64,000 bases of DNA, from assembly GCA_951406725.2 (NCBI GenBank), contig OX597827.1, positions 22,878,001-22,942,000 of the forward strand. Direction: 5' to 3'. The translations under genes were made by a program, and so were the position numbers. Numbering within the stretch: position 1 is the first letter of the stretch; each line of letters opens with the position of its first letter. The DNA is from Octopus vulgaris. Taxonomy: Eukaryota. This document shows positions 39,811 to 54,559 of this stretch, piece after piece. The notes beneath the pieces are model-generated. The model worked only from the letters and a program-made list of their open reading frames with translations, did not search any database and had not been told where the DNA came from.

Positions 39811-40239
39811 GTCATTATCATTTAAATATCCATTTTCCAAGCTTGAATAGGTCGGACATTTTGGCAGGAGGTGGCAAGGCTGGAGCTACACCAGGTTCCA
39901 TTGTCTGTTTTGGCATTGTTTCAACAGCTGAATGATCTTCCAAACACCAACAACTTTACAAAGGGCACTGGGTGCTTTTTACATGGCACCAGCACTGACA
40001 GGGTCACCAAGTAACTTGTAAGACAAAAAACCCTCAGCTGGGGGAAGGTATTATTAATGGGGTTTGGTGGCTTTGTGCCATTTGAGAGATTTAATGTCTA
40101 GAGGGGACAGATATATGTGTCTTGCTGTAGAGTAGATACATGGATACCCAGTTGGAAAACAAAGGAAAGTGAGTTGGAGAGTAAGATAAAGTTATATATT
40201 TTTATAAAGGGTCAACTTAGCTTTTAATCCTTAGAAAGG

Positions 40240-40450
40240 ATTGGTGAGCTGGTAGAATCATTAGCATACCAGGTGAAATGCTTAGCAGTATTTCATCAGT
40301 CTTCATGTTCTGAGTTCAAATTCTGCTGAGGTCAACTTTGACTTTCATCTTTTTAGGGTCCATGAATTAAATACCAGTTGAACACTGGGATTGATGTAAT
40401 TGACTAGTCCCTTCCCCACAAATTTCAGGCCTTGTGCCTTTATTAGAAAG
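40240..40450 (+). mobile_element. Nin-domain-like SINE (other copies ~290-450 -, 37255-37480 -, 38535-38740 +, 61810-61935 +)
   Basis: GAGTTCAAATTCTG..GAGGTC.ACTTTG.CTTTCATC..TT.GGGGTC....AAGTACCAG core. Confidence 0.7.
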
Positions 40451-40479
40451 AATTATTATTATTGTTGTTGTTGTTGTTA

Positions 40480-41831
<1,352 letters not shown>

Positions 41832-41834
41832 TTA

Positions 41835-42250
41835 TGTTTGACTTTTGCTTTATATTTTTACAAGTTGGCTCCAAGTCTCACCCAGAGACCTCAAGAGACA
41901 ACAAGTTAGAAGTTCATGTTGGTGTTATGCCTAGGGTGCCATATATTTGGTTTTGTACATAGTTTTGTTCTAGAGAATGTTTAAGGAACCATAAAAAAAT
42001 TATATGTTTGTTTTAAAACTGGAGATTACATAGAAAGTATTTTGCGTAGGATATGGGCAGTTTCCATGAGCACTATCTTTTGAATTTTTGGGGTTTCCTG
42101 ATATCTGAGGTAGGTAGCAATCAGCCCCTTTTGCTATCATTCCTAGGGCACCTATGACAACAGGTATTGTTTTAGTCTTCAGGTTCCACATTTTGCTAAT
42201 TTCTATTTCAAGATCTTTATACTTGCTCAGTTTTTGGTAGGTCTTGACAG
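41835..42250 (-). mobile_element. R4/Dong-clade non-LTR retrotransposon 3' end (restriction-like endonuclease C-terminus), flanked by (TAA)n
   Basis: KLSKYKDLEIEISKMWNLKTKTIPVVIGALG motif; both flanks are TAA repeats. Confidence 0.75.
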
Positions 42251-42257
42251 GCAGGTC

Positions 42258-42338
<81 letters not shown>

Positions 42339-42811
42339 GCTTTTAACAGATCCCACTAGAGTTGGTTAAATAATATGGAGTGGTTGACGTTAGGAAGGGC
42401 ATCCAGCTGTAGAAACTCTGCCAAATCAAGATTGGAGCCTGGTGCAGCCATCTGGTTCGCCAGCCCTCAGTCAAAATCGTCCAACCCATGCTAGCATGGA
42501 AAGCAGACGTTAAACAATGATGATGATGATGATGATGATGTATCTTGGTTTAACAAGAAGTGACCCTTTCACACAGACGACTCTGTTGCAAGCTTTCTAA
42601 GTAGGTCACAAGTCTAAGGACAACCCCTAAAGTAATAACCCCTGTGCTATAATTTCTTTCTTCCTCTCCCACTACCAGTCGACAGTAGGCCCCGCATCAA
42701 GGAATCACAAGAGCAACTCTCCCTCCTCTCAGCCATTAACTTAAAATTTCCCCATCTATTCTACTTGAATGTCTAAAGTTCTCAGATGTTGTTAAAAACC
42801 TTTCCTTTCAG

Positions 42812-42979
42812 CTGAAGGTTGCTGTCCGCAGTGTTGGTGTGATCCTGTGCCGAGCTGGAGGTTCAAAGTGTTCAACGTCAATAGCCGAGTTGAATATGTC
42901 TGATGACATAACAGATCTGATTGGAAATATGACACTTTCTCAGCCGCAAGACACAGTGTCCTTTGAAGATTTATGTCAG
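42812..42979 (+). CDS. KNDC1: KNDC1 exon 7 (LKVAVRSVGVILCRAG...LIGNMTLSQPQDTVSFEDLCQ)
   Basis: tttcctttcag acceptor (alternative in-frame AG at 42817), CAG|gtattg donor; degenerate KIND V.S.G..L and L...M motifs. Confidence 0.75.
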
Positions 42980-43118
42980 GTATTGTCAGTTAATAAACAA
43001 TCTAAGGTGGTGCTTCTTAACCTTTCTAATATATAGGCCAGATCCCAAACCTGGATTATTTTTTAGGAGACCATGCCAAAAAAGGGAAACAAGGGTCAAT
43101 TAAAGAAAAAATTATCAT

Positions 43119-43515
43119 AGGTGCAGGCATGGCTGTGTGGTAAGAAGCTTGCTTACCAACTACATGGTTCTGGGTTCAGTCCCATCGTGTGGCACCTTGA
43201 GTAAGTGTCTTCTGCTTTGCCTCAAGCCAAACAAAGCCTTGTTAGTGGATTTGGTAGACGGAAACTTAGAGAAGCCTGTCGTATATGTATGTATATATTT
43301 ATGTGTGTGTCTTTGTGTCTGTTTGTCCCCCCACCATCTCTTGACAACCGATGTTGACATGTTTACGTCCCTGTAACTTAGCAGTTCAGCAAAAGAGACC
43401 GATTGAATAAGTACTAGGCTTACAAGGAATAAGTCCTGGGGTCAATTTCTTTGACTAAAAGGTGGTGTTCCAGCATGGCCACAGTCAAACAACTGAAACA
43501 AATTAAACAAAAAAA
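43119..43515 (+). mobile_element. SINE family A copy
   Basis: Aligns to 17736-18182. Confidence 0.85.
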
Positions 43516-43977
43516 ACATTTAATGAGAAAAAACCACTGAGGGTCGCCGGATTGATGCTTGAGGGATGCATACGATCCTGGGATCAATTGAGAACTTCTG
43601 ATCTAAGACCACATTCGTTATTCAGTGGATTTTTATTGTTTAGTTTCTTCAGCCATTATTAATGGAAAAGTTTAAAGATTTAAGGAGGTCAGGAAGTCCA
43701 TTTCTCAACTACATGGTTCCAGATTTGATCCTGTTGTGTGAAACTTTGGCAATGTCACCCCAACCCTTGCTTTGTCTCACTCTAGTTTTATCTCTCCTTC
43801 TCATTCCACCCAACAGCTTCACCTTTTTTTTTGCTGTAAAGATTTGCCAAAATACAATATTGTGTCTTGTTTGTCTTCCATTTCACCAACAACAATCTAC
43901 TCTGCAACTGTAATGAACACCACCACAACAACGGATACTCGAACCACCACCACCACTGTGACCACCGACAATCCAAG

Positions 43978-44064
43978 AAATGCGAAGACTATGAAAGAAC
44001 TGCGGTGTATACGTCTCAGAATATCTGCCAGAGTCTTTATGAAGAATGTTGGCACAAATTGGCA
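43978..44064 (+). CDS. KNDC1: KNDC1 exon 8 (KCEDYERTAVYTSQNICQSLYEECWHKLA), end of KIND2
   Basis: C...IC..L pattern parallels the end of KIND1; gtgagt donor; phase 0/0; weak acceptor. Confidence 0.6.
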
Positions 44065-44158
44065 GTGAGTTACTTTGATGTTGCTTTGATGATGAATCTG
44101 TTGGGGTAGGAGAGCTGTTAGTATATATATATACATATATATATATATAGATAGACAG

Positions 44159-44192
<34 letters not shown>

Positions 44193-44195
44193 GAT

Positions 44196-44236
<41 letters not shown>

Positions 44237-44469
44237 TAGCTAGATAGTTATATGTATATATACAAACACATATATACATTTATAGTTAGATAAGATTCAG
44301 ATGAAATCCTTGTATCGTTGCTATGCAAAGCTCATCCACAGTTATTGGCTACCTGATGTCATCATATAATGGAAATGATCCTGCTACTAGATATATGTCA
44401 GAAATTCCATGGTATCTGTAGAGTTTATATAAACAGATAGATGATAGGGAATGGAATGAATGCGTTGCA

Positions 44470-44660
44470 GCTTCAGATGGTTCTGAGTACGGTATAGGAG
44501 CAGTAATGCTACATAAATATAAAGATGGTAACGTGAAGGCAGTGGTTCATGCCTCATGTTTTCTGATATCAGCAGAGAAAAATTATGGTCAAATTCAAAA
44601 AGAAGCTCAAGCGAACATTTTTGCTGTGAAAAAATTTCACAAATTTTCGCACAGTAGAGG
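44470..44660 (+). mobile_element. Gypsy RNase H fragment
   Basis: DGSEYGIGAVMLH...HAS...AEKNYGQIQKEA..IFAVKKFHKF. Confidence 0.75.
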
Positions 44661-44897
44661 CTGGTTGCTCTGCGGTTGGTCAAGCGATGTGGATATTTCT
44701 CATAAGAACTGAATAAGTTTTGTAAATTGATTGAACCAGTTCATAAATTTTTCAGTTAATGGAGAAATCATTGAATTTGCAATGTTTATCTAGCTTGTTT
44801 TTGTGTTAGTGAGACCAAGGAGAAATAGGGAGCTAAGATAGGTGGACAGATAAACACATCATCTTTTTGTATCATTAATATTTGAGTTTCACTTCAG

Positions 44898-45375
44898 ATG
44901 AAAATTGAAGAAGATGGCGCCAGCTCTGAAGAAGATTTTGCTAGTAATGGAGATCTAAATGATGCTAACTCTGAGAAATCAGTAAAAAATACTTCCTTTG
45001 ATAATGGTTCAGATGATACACAAAAATCAGCCTTTGTATCCGTGTTAAACCAGCCGGACAAACCCCAAAGTAAGGTCCTCAACAACGAAAATGTGGACCT
45101 TGCTGTCCCCTATGCTTTCAGATCAGTGGCTACTCATTTCAAACCAATAGTGGTAAATTCAGGAAGATTCCCTGCCATTGGTGAGGAGGAAGAAACTGGC
45201 GTGATGCTGGAAGCCACATCATCACAAGAGACTTCTCAAAGAAAAAGAAATTCAACTTCTCCAGTTCTTACCCCAGGTCAGCGTGTTGTTGAGAAGCTGA
45301 GACAACTGGAGCAAGTTTACACAAAACGGTACCCTAGGGCTACCTCATTTGGGTCCAGACCCCAAAAAACACTTG
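44898..45375 (+). CDS. KNDC1: KNDC1 exon 9
   Basis: acttcag acceptor, G|gtaaga donor, stop-free; phase 0/1. Confidence 0.78.
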
Positions 45376-45422
45376 GTAAGATTGATTATATTTGTAGAAC
45401 ACACAGACACAGACACACACAT

Positions 45423-45486
<64 letters not shown>

Positions 45487-45706
45487 TGTTCCTATTTGAA
45501 AAATTGGTGCTTAATATGATTTTTGAACCATATAGAATTTTCCAAACTCTCTTTACCTACCTGTCAGAAGAGAACCTGTATGTATGTGTGCATGTGTGTA
45601 TGTATGTATGTATGTATGTATGTATGTATGTATGTATGTATGTATGTATGTATGCATGTATGTATGAGTGTGTCTATGTATGTATGTATGAGTGTGTCTA
45701 TGTATG

Positions 45707-45738
<32 letters not shown>

Positions 45739-46594
45739 AGTGTGTCTATGTATGTATGTATGTATGAGTGTGTCTATGTATGTATGTATGTATGAGTGTG
45801 TCTATGTATGTATGTATGTATGTATGTATGTGTGTGTGTATGTATGTATGTATGTATGAGTGTGTCTATGTATGTATGTATGAGTGCGTCTATGTATGTA
45901 TGCATGTATGTATTATGTGTGTGTCTATGTATGTATGCATGTATGTATGAATGTGTTTCCTTTGGAGTTTTGGGATGTCTGGATTGGATTATGTGTGCAT
46001 ATGTGCATGCATGTGCAAATAAACTTGCACTCATGCAGGTGGTGTGCATGCAACTTTGGTGTGCAAGTGTGTGTATACTTCATTACTGCTTGTGTGTGTG
46101 TGTATGTGTGTTTGTATGTATGCACGTACGTATGCATGTTTTTGAAATGTTGCTCTGTTGCTATCGCTCTGTTGCTATTTTTGTGGTAGATTCGTTAATT
46201 TATTACAAAGTGGAAAGAAAGAAAAGATGAAAGAAACATGAAACATCTGTGGTGTTAGCGGTGTTATGGGCTGTGATGAACTATGTGGTGTTGGTGGAGG
46301 GGATGACAGATGAGGTGGGCGGAAGTAAGGCTTGCGGGGGCTGGTGGAAGAGTGAAAGGGGCATGCGTGGGCAGGAAGCATGTGTGGTGAGGAAGCATGT
46401 GTGGTGAGGAAGCACGTGTGGTCAGTCCCAGCAAAGAGTGCAGAGCGACAAGACATGTTGACTTCATGAGAGTGAACGTTGATTTCGCCGAGGTAAGGCC
46501 TTTTGTATTTCTTTCTCCCGTTGCTTCTTTTTCTGTTGTCCTTTTCCTCCATCACACTACAACATCATTAGAGTTTCTTTTTCTTTTTATTTAG

Positions 46595-47668
46595 AATCAA
46601 ATGTGACCAAAGTTGAGAATGTTCCATCAGGTGAGGCTGGAAGAGAAGACTTATGCCTGTCCCAGAGATTCGACATGGAACAACTTGCTGAAATGATTCT
46701 GAACAAACTCCAAGATCAAAAGACAAGCTGCAAACCAATTCTGCAACCAAAGATGTCTGAATATCAGGCATTGGCCTATGACAACCAGCAGCTGCCTGTA
46801 GTGATGGTTCCAGCTCAAAACCTTACCATGACAATGGGTCTTCCATTGGTCCCTGCTTGTGAAGCTAATCATGGAGAGGCAGCCAGGTATGGCTTTAATA
46901 AAATCAAGTCCCCTCAGTCAATGGCTTGCCTTCAATGTGGCACTCAGTCTATGAGTTCCGTTTCTGTTTCTTCTTCTCCTTCTTCCACCATATCGTCTGT
47001 TTTACCAAATTTCTCAGAGACACCGACAAGTAACCAATCGAGATATTCTTGCTCTGACAACGATGGGAAGGAAATGGCAGTGGATTTTTGCAACTGTGGC
47101 AGATCAAAGCGAACCCTGAAACTACAGAGCAACACAAGCAGCGAGGGCAGCAACAGTAGCAGCAGCAGCAGCAGTAGCAGCAGTTACTGTCAGTTGTGTC
47201 TCGATGAAAAGCAAATCCTGTTTCCCCAACAATCTCGGTGTGAAGAACTATCAAGGAATTTCGATGGGTTTCTTGGCCATAAACTTCATTTCCAAGAACA
47301 GAACTTTGATGGCGTTAATGAGGAATGTTTAAAGACCTCTTGGCAGCAGAGAGCTCAATTACAACAAAAACAACATCAGCGAGATCTTCCCCACGGCTGT
47401 CCCCACCATCACCACCAACAAGGAAAGCTGCATCAACAACAACAAAATCATTGTCAAGAACAGCAAAAACAATGTCAGAATGATGAATACCAAAACCAAC
47501 AACAACAACAACAACAAGAAAAACAAGAAAAACAATGTCTGCATTCACCTCCTCCTCTCATTCCTTCTCAACACCACCACCACCACCAGCAGTACCAGCA
47601 CCTCCACCACAACCGTCATCATCAACAGCAGCAACAACAAAATGAACCAAACCAATTAGAAGACTGCT

Positions 47669-47742
<74 letters not shown>

Positions 47743-49048
47743 CTTCATTATCAATGCCACTACCTTCAGCAACACCAACGACTCCATCATTGTCATCATC
47801 ATCATCATCATAATAGTCATCAGTTACAGAATCCTCAGCAGCAGCAGCAGCAGCAACACCACCACCAACAACAACAGATGAATGACAGCCCCTTAATCAA
47901 CAGCTCCCAAACTAATGAGAAAAACAACAACAACACCAGTAAGAATAGAAGTAGTTGCAGCAACGAAAAGTTTCCAACAGGCAACAGAAGGGAGTCCATA
48001 TGTGGCGTTCACCGTCAACAAAGTGCAATAGAGAATCAGAACATCGACGAGGCATCAATTGTGAATCCACACATCAGTGACAATGATGACAGCAACAACA
48101 ACAGCAACAACGACAACAACAAAAATGGTTCCGTGACGAGAATATTTGATGAGTGGAACCAGCCCAATGTCTGTGAGAAGAGCTGTTGCAATGGTGGCAT
48201 AAATGTCTGCAATGAAGATCTGCCTTTCAATGGCAAAGCTTTGCACTGTGATGGTTCGTCTGACAATGCTGTCGACTGCTTGAAATGTAAACTCGATGAA
48301 ATTCTTTGTTCTTTACAGAAAAGGTGCTTCCGTTGCAAGAACATGCAAAACTGTGGCAGACACCTTGCTGAGCATCAACACCCTTGGAAGGAATTCAACG
48401 AACGCTGTGAAAAGAATTTAAATGGTTCTTATATCCACAGAGAAGCCAATCCAAGCAGTGGGTCACACCAAATTCTTTCTCCTATGTCACTGGTTGACTG
48501 TCAAACCAAGAATGAGTACAAAATGAGTTCAAGGAATGAATTCAGCATTAGAAAACACTCAGGTTGTTCTTCTGTCTGCGCAAACCAAATTTCTGAAGAA
48601 ACTGTCCTAAATACTGATACCACAGGAACTGCCAGGTGTTCCTGCCTCAAAGAGTCCATGCCAAATGTCAGTTATGAAGTGTCTCCATTCAAAGATGAAT
48701 CTAAAGAAGTCAGTAAAAATCTCTGTTCAAAAGAAACTCCATTATATGCCCAATGTGAAAGAATCCCAAATATTTCCACTCCGTTCATATCTCCCAGGAA
48801 CGAGTGTCAAGACACTAAAGAAAATGGAGGGCAAATTGAACATTGGCAGCAAGCTGAGATCAGTGAGAGAAAGCAAGATAGCAGCCGAGAGGACCAACCA
48901 AAGATATCAGAAGTGTTTGGAACTTATTGTAGATCAGATAAAATAGTTGCCAAGCAACTGAGCTTGGTTTACAAAATCATGGATTTACTCCAACCAAAGT
49001 CAGCTTCAGATTCAGCTGTTAACGAAGAATCAGACCATTTTCTAATAA
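46595..49048 (+). CDS. KNDC1: KNDC1 exon 10, 2454 nt, Gln/His/Cys/Ser-rich
   Basis: 855-aa ORF bounded by a polyT-tag acceptor and A|gtgagt donor; phase 1/1. Confidence 0.8.
47671..47739 (+). repeat. Pure coding (CAG)23 polyglutamine tract in KNDC1 exon 10
   Basis: Counted in sequence; in frame. Confidence 0.95.
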
Positions 49049-50000
49049 GTGAGTACTTCTTTAATTTACCACATAGCCATTTTCTTCCCCTCTTGACCAT
49101 CCATCTTCTGACCAGTTTGTTGTTTATCTCATGTCTGCTGCTTTCTTCTGACACAAATTCTTACTTCTAACCTTTAACGTCATTTACATAAAAAAACTTT
49201 TAGTTAATACGTTCTCTGTATTAATCTTTCTATTTGTTTGTGTATGTGCGTGTGCATGTGTGTGTGTTCATGTGTGTGTGTGTGTGTATCTTGGTTCATT
49301 AAATACTTTGTCATGTTCAAGCATTATCGTTCCAGTTTTAGATTTCTTAGTATTTTCTTAGTAGTTTAATCATTAGCTTCATGCATCATCAGTCATGTAT
49401 TGATTCGTTTGTCTCAGTCAAATTCCAATCATAAGTGCATTGAAAATTTTTTTTTGTCATTAGCCACATGTTAATTTTTTTCATGTTGGTGTCTGCCTAT
49501 TAATTCTGGTTTTGTAATAGTGATTTGTGTTTGATTTCTATAAGCAATTTCTTATGTTTTGTGCTGAATTTTATGAAATATCTATTTCCCTCCAGTATTT
49601 TCCTAGCAAATGACATTTTGTTGTGTCTGATGCAATATTATTGAAAAGCCCCATGTTGCAGATGCATGACAAGCCAATATGAGAGTGTTCTGTTGGTCTG
49701 TTCAGTGTAACAGTTATTGTCCTGAAGTTTGCAACTTCCTGTTTTACAGTCAAATTTATGGATTGTATTGGTCCTCCACAGATGGTTCTCAGGTTGATAT
49801 ACCCATGATATGTCATAGATAAGAAGGTTTTTGATTTTGGTACCAAAATTGTGATATTTATTATCTTGCTTGGAAACAAGTAAGAGCTGGTGTCAGGAAG
49901 AGCATTCAGCTATTGAAAATACCACTGTGGTTGCTGGCTAATCTGAGCCATGCAGGCATGGAAAAGTAGAAGTTAAAACAAAGCTGCTACTGCCATTATG

Positions 50001-50048
<48 letters not shown>

Positions 50049-50106
50049 CATACATATGTATGCTTCAGTATATATATATATATATATATATACTTATGTG
50101 TATATA

Positions 50107-50159
<53 letters not shown>

Positions 50160-50163
<4 letters not shown>

Positions 50164-50536
50164 GTAAATATAAGAGAGCTAACTTTGAATATGTTAACTC
50201 TAGTGCTAGAAATAGCTCCACCGGTATAGTCGCCAACGATAATTCCACATAGAAATAGCACTACCCTCAACGAAATGAAATTGAAATACAACTAAAAAGT
50301 GGATTAATGTTGTACAATTGTTTCTTCATCAACAAAATATGCAAATTGAGTATAATTTGCATATTTTGTTGATGAAGAAACAATTGTTAACATATTCAAA
50401 GTTAACATATTCAAAGTTAGCTCTCTTATATTTACGGATAAATATGTATTTGTCTCCCTGGTTTATTGTGCTAGGTCGCTTGGTGTTAAAATAAGGGTAT
50501 TATTGAATTAATATCTAATTTTTTGTCACCCTCATT

Positions 50537-50540
<4 letters not shown>
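50160..50540 (+). mobile_element. (TA)n-embedded fold-back element with an inner 34-bp perfect hairpin
   Basis: Outer arms 50160-50198 / 50401-50439; inner arms 50314-50347 / 50354-50387. Confidence 0.8.
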
Positions 50541-50576
<36 letters not shown>

Positions 50577-50790
50577 CTGAATGGATGGTAAATGATGATG
50601 ATGATGATGATGATATATATAGGAAATAATGAAGATTCAGTTGAATTAGGTACTTAAGTTGAGGCACCAAGTCAGTTCGGTATTATCTGCACAGCTCGAA
50701 GTAAGGTGAATAAAATGCAAATAAGTAACAAGAATGTGAAGGTACAGTGGTAAGATGCAATAATACCTGGACATCCTCATTAGTTATTTG

Positions 50791-50837
<47 letters not shown>

Positions 50838-51072
50838 GGTATGTATTGTGAAGGTCAAACGCATTGTTACTCCAAGTTTATAGCAATCAGCTTTTTTAAC
50901 GAACGCTTCTGGCTTGTTTAATGATTGAACAATCCACCAGGTGAAGCTTAACGAGCCAATCAATTGGATCTTTGCAGCAAATTCAGCCTTATTCTCTGCA
51001 GTAAATGTTACCTGGTTATTCTCAGAATAACAACCTTATTTTAACATTCACTCACTTACATCTGTGTATGTG

Positions 51073-51117
<45 letters not shown>

Positions 51118-51472
51118 TGTGTGTGTATGCGTGTGTGATGTGTGTATGTGCGTGTGATGTGTATGTGTATGTTTGTGTGTGTGTGTGATGTGTATGTGTG
51201 TGTAATGTGTGTGTGTATGTGATATGTGTGTGCATGCGTATGTGCGTCATGTGTGTGTGTGTGTGTGCACATGTGTCGTGTGTGTGTATATGTGTGTGGA
51301 TGCGCGTGTGTCATGTGTATGTGTGTGTGCATGTACGTGCACATGTTGTGTGTTTATGTGTGTGCATGACCTGTGTGTGTGTGTGTGTGTGCGTGCATGG
51401 GTGTTAATTTCTCTTGCTGTCATTGTTGTTGACATTCTTCTTGTTGATATTGTGATGCTGCTGGTCCACCAG

Positions 51473-51623
51473 GTGCAGGGATTGGAAGTTTAAAAGGTTT
51501 ACCAAAAGACAAGTTCCGGTTAAGTCTTGCCACAATGTATCCTAAACAACAGTGGGAACAGCAATGCCTGGAAGCGGTCTTTGATCTCATCAATGGAGAC
51601 TCAACTCTGAAGGAGGAACCAAG
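51473..51623 (+). CDS. KNDC1: KNDC1 exon 11 (SAGIGSLKGLPKDKFRLSLATMYPKQQWEQQCLEAVFDLING)
   Basis: Resembles recalled KNDC1 segment ALKDLTFATF...YWDEKLLQNLFKVVNG; AG|gtaagt donor; phase 1/2. Confidence 0.8.
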
Positions 51624-51727
51624 GTAAGTAATGGACGAACAAGAGAGAACAAAGTCTGCGTGTGAACATAGCCTTCAGGCACCTTCACATATATATTATT
51701 ATATATGATATATATATTATATATACT

Positions 51728-52040
51728 GGAGGTGCAATGGCCCAGTGGTTAGGACAGCGGACTCGCGGTCATGGGATCGCGGTTTCGATTCCCAGACCAG
51801 GTGTTGTGAGTGTTTATTGAGCGAAAACACCTAAAGCTCCACAAGGCTCCGGCAAGGAGTGGCAGCGATCCCTGCTGTACTCTTTTGCCACAACTTTCTC
51901 TCACTCTTTCTTCTGTAGGCCTGCTCACTTAGCCAGTGGAATGGTGTCATTTGAAGGCTAAAACAATGTGAAGTGCATTGTGACCATCGATGTGTAGCAA
52001 CATCTGATAGCCTGGTCGGTCATGGTGATCACGGTGATAT
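51728..52040 (+). mobile_element. tRNA-head SINE family B variant with a different tail
   Basis: TGGCCCAGTGGTTAGG...GGTTTCGATTCCC head; body GAGCGAAAACACCTAAAGCTCCAC shared with 39508. Confidence 0.8.
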
Positions 52041-52484
52041 TATATATACACCCCACCAGATACACAAACACACATACACAAATATACAATGAAAATGAAA
52101 CAAGCACTGATTAATAAATTAATAGCAGTTATTCTAACAAAGTAAAAGACCGAATCATAGAACAATACAAAACTTTGGTTACACTTTTTCAAAATGCATA
52201 AATGTCTTACTAATTGTAATGCTTGAGTAAAGTACATAATTAAGGCTTTTGTACAAAATTAAATTTTAAAAAATGATTTAAAAGATAAAAACCAACCTGG
52301 TTTTCACTGGTTTAAATTCAGATCATGTAAAATTTTAAAACTCAAATAGATTTACCCAATAAACCCTCTACACTTTAAGGTTAATTTTAATCCAACATCA
52401 AGGTCACAAAATACATCACAGAAAACTCTAAAATGAGTTTTCCCATGGACCCCTTTTAATATGAATTATCTTTACAAATATATA

Positions 52485-52703
52485 CAGGGTTGGCCAAAGG
52501 TCAGCCGACTGTAAATACTTTCTGTAATTCTGTATTGACTTGAATGGAAAAATGTGTCGCTCAAGAAGGACTTCAGTTTGAACAGTTCTCATGATGTATC
52601 ATTTTTCGATGCTTTTATTAATATTCATTCAGTTGTTAAACATAAATAAATCTTGGAATTAAATGGTTTTGATTTACTGTCAGGTGACTTTTGGCCAACC
52701 CTC
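52485..52703. mobile_element. Tc1/mariner MITE
   Basis: TA|CAGGGTTGGCCAAAGGTCA ... TGACTTTTGGCCAACCCTC|TA. Confidence 0.8.
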
Positions 52704-52707
52704 TATG

Positions 52708-52809
<102 letters not shown>

Positions 52810-53220
52810 CCTTTGTGGACCACCAGGGATCAACAGACCCCAGGTTGGGAACCTCTGCTCTAAACAATCACCAATAATATTTATTACCAAAAATACAGAA
52901 ATTATAAACGTTTTTATTAACAAAAAAACTACAAATTTGTAAATAGATGAAAAAGTTGATTTGATAGCAAAAATAAAAGTTGTATTGGCCATACGAATAA
53001 TAAGCTGCTGTGTGTGTGTGTGTGCATGTGTGTTTGTGTTTTGTTCATGTATGTGTATCTGTATATGTGTGTATGCATGTGTACATATGTGCTTCTTTGT
53101 ATGTGCGCATGCGTGTGTGTATATCTATGTATGTGTGTGTGTATATGTATGTGTATGTGTGAGTGTATATGTAAAATTGAAATATGTATGAATAATCAAA
53201 GTGTATGTTCTTCTATCCAG

Positions 53221-54559
53221 GTGGAATGACACATCCCAGCAAGCGTACCAGGAATCGTCTGGAGAGTGGCATCTATTTGATAGTCTTGAAATGGCCAGCC
53301 ACCAAACACAGAGAAATTTTTATGCTGATTCATCAAACAAAGACCATAAGATGGAACCTCAACCAAAAGTGACAAAATCCACACAAAACATCTCCTTGGA
53401 ATCTGTCGAGCAACATAGGAATCTGTCAGGTGAAAACTGTGAACATTTTACGGATATAAGTATTCTCAAGAATTTTGCTTATGATGAAGACGTCTGTTGT
53501 GACCAGGGTGAAGTTGTATACCTGAGATCAGATCCTGTAAATATGAAGGCTTTTCAGAAGCAGGAACTGGTTGAGAACCCTGAAAAGATTTTGCAATACG
53601 GGTTGAAGGGGGAAACATCAATGAGTTATGGTAATGATGATGATGATGATGATGACAATGGTGATGGTGGTGATGATGGTGGAGGTGGAGGTAGTGCTGG
53701 TGGTGGTCTAGATGGTGTTAAGAGAAATTTTGGAGAAGATGGCCCCAAAGGTATGTTCCAGCCTGATCCTTTTCACACCAGAAAGTTTGATAATTCTGGA
53801 CCAACAGGAGATATTCAATATATACAAGGTCTAATGGAGACTTCAGACAGGTGCTTGGATCAAGGAATGGATTATACCAATCCAGAAAACCAAGGATCAG
53901 AAGAAGAAATTGAAGATGACTTAAGTTACAAACTTTACATCAGGGATAACTTTTTAGAAAGATCTCAATCCAGTGGCTGTTCCTTTGGGAAACATGAATT
54001 TCAAGAGATCCTCTTGTCTGACACCTCTCAGGAAGACAAGAAAGAGATAGAAACAATCCTTGAATCTGGTGCCAGTACCAAAAACGCCGAAGACACAGCA
54101 GAAGGAGTTGATATCCAGAAATTCATGCTCCCAGAAGGATCTATTGAAGATATACCACAACAATATAAGCTTGATGTTGGAGGTTCTAACTGCAGTAAAG
54201 AAGTGAACAGGAGTGATGAGTCAAAGACATCAGAGCAGAGAAGAACAGTTCCACCAAATGAATATCAACCCAGGAAGGATTGGAAAGTGGACCAATGTTT
54301 GTTAGATGGAAATGTAAAAACTGTAGAGACAATGACGCAAGATGATGACAATCTGCAATGTTCTGGGAATGTCTTGGAGACAACAAATCTACCAGCAAAA
54401 GAATCGCAGGGTTGTACAGAGTATTACAGACCTATCACAAGAAATCAGTGGTCTGTGCTGAAGGACTATGCTGAAAGTGACAGCAGAGTTATTTACCATT
54501 CTGCAGACTTGATGAATTTCTCAAACAACATGGAAGTCAAACAATTCCTGAATGATATT
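53221..54559 (+). CDS. KNDC1: KNDC1 exon 12, 1339-nt acidic linker
   Basis: 455-aa ORF with ttctatccag acceptor and ATT|gtatgt donor; phase 2/0. Confidence 0.8.
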
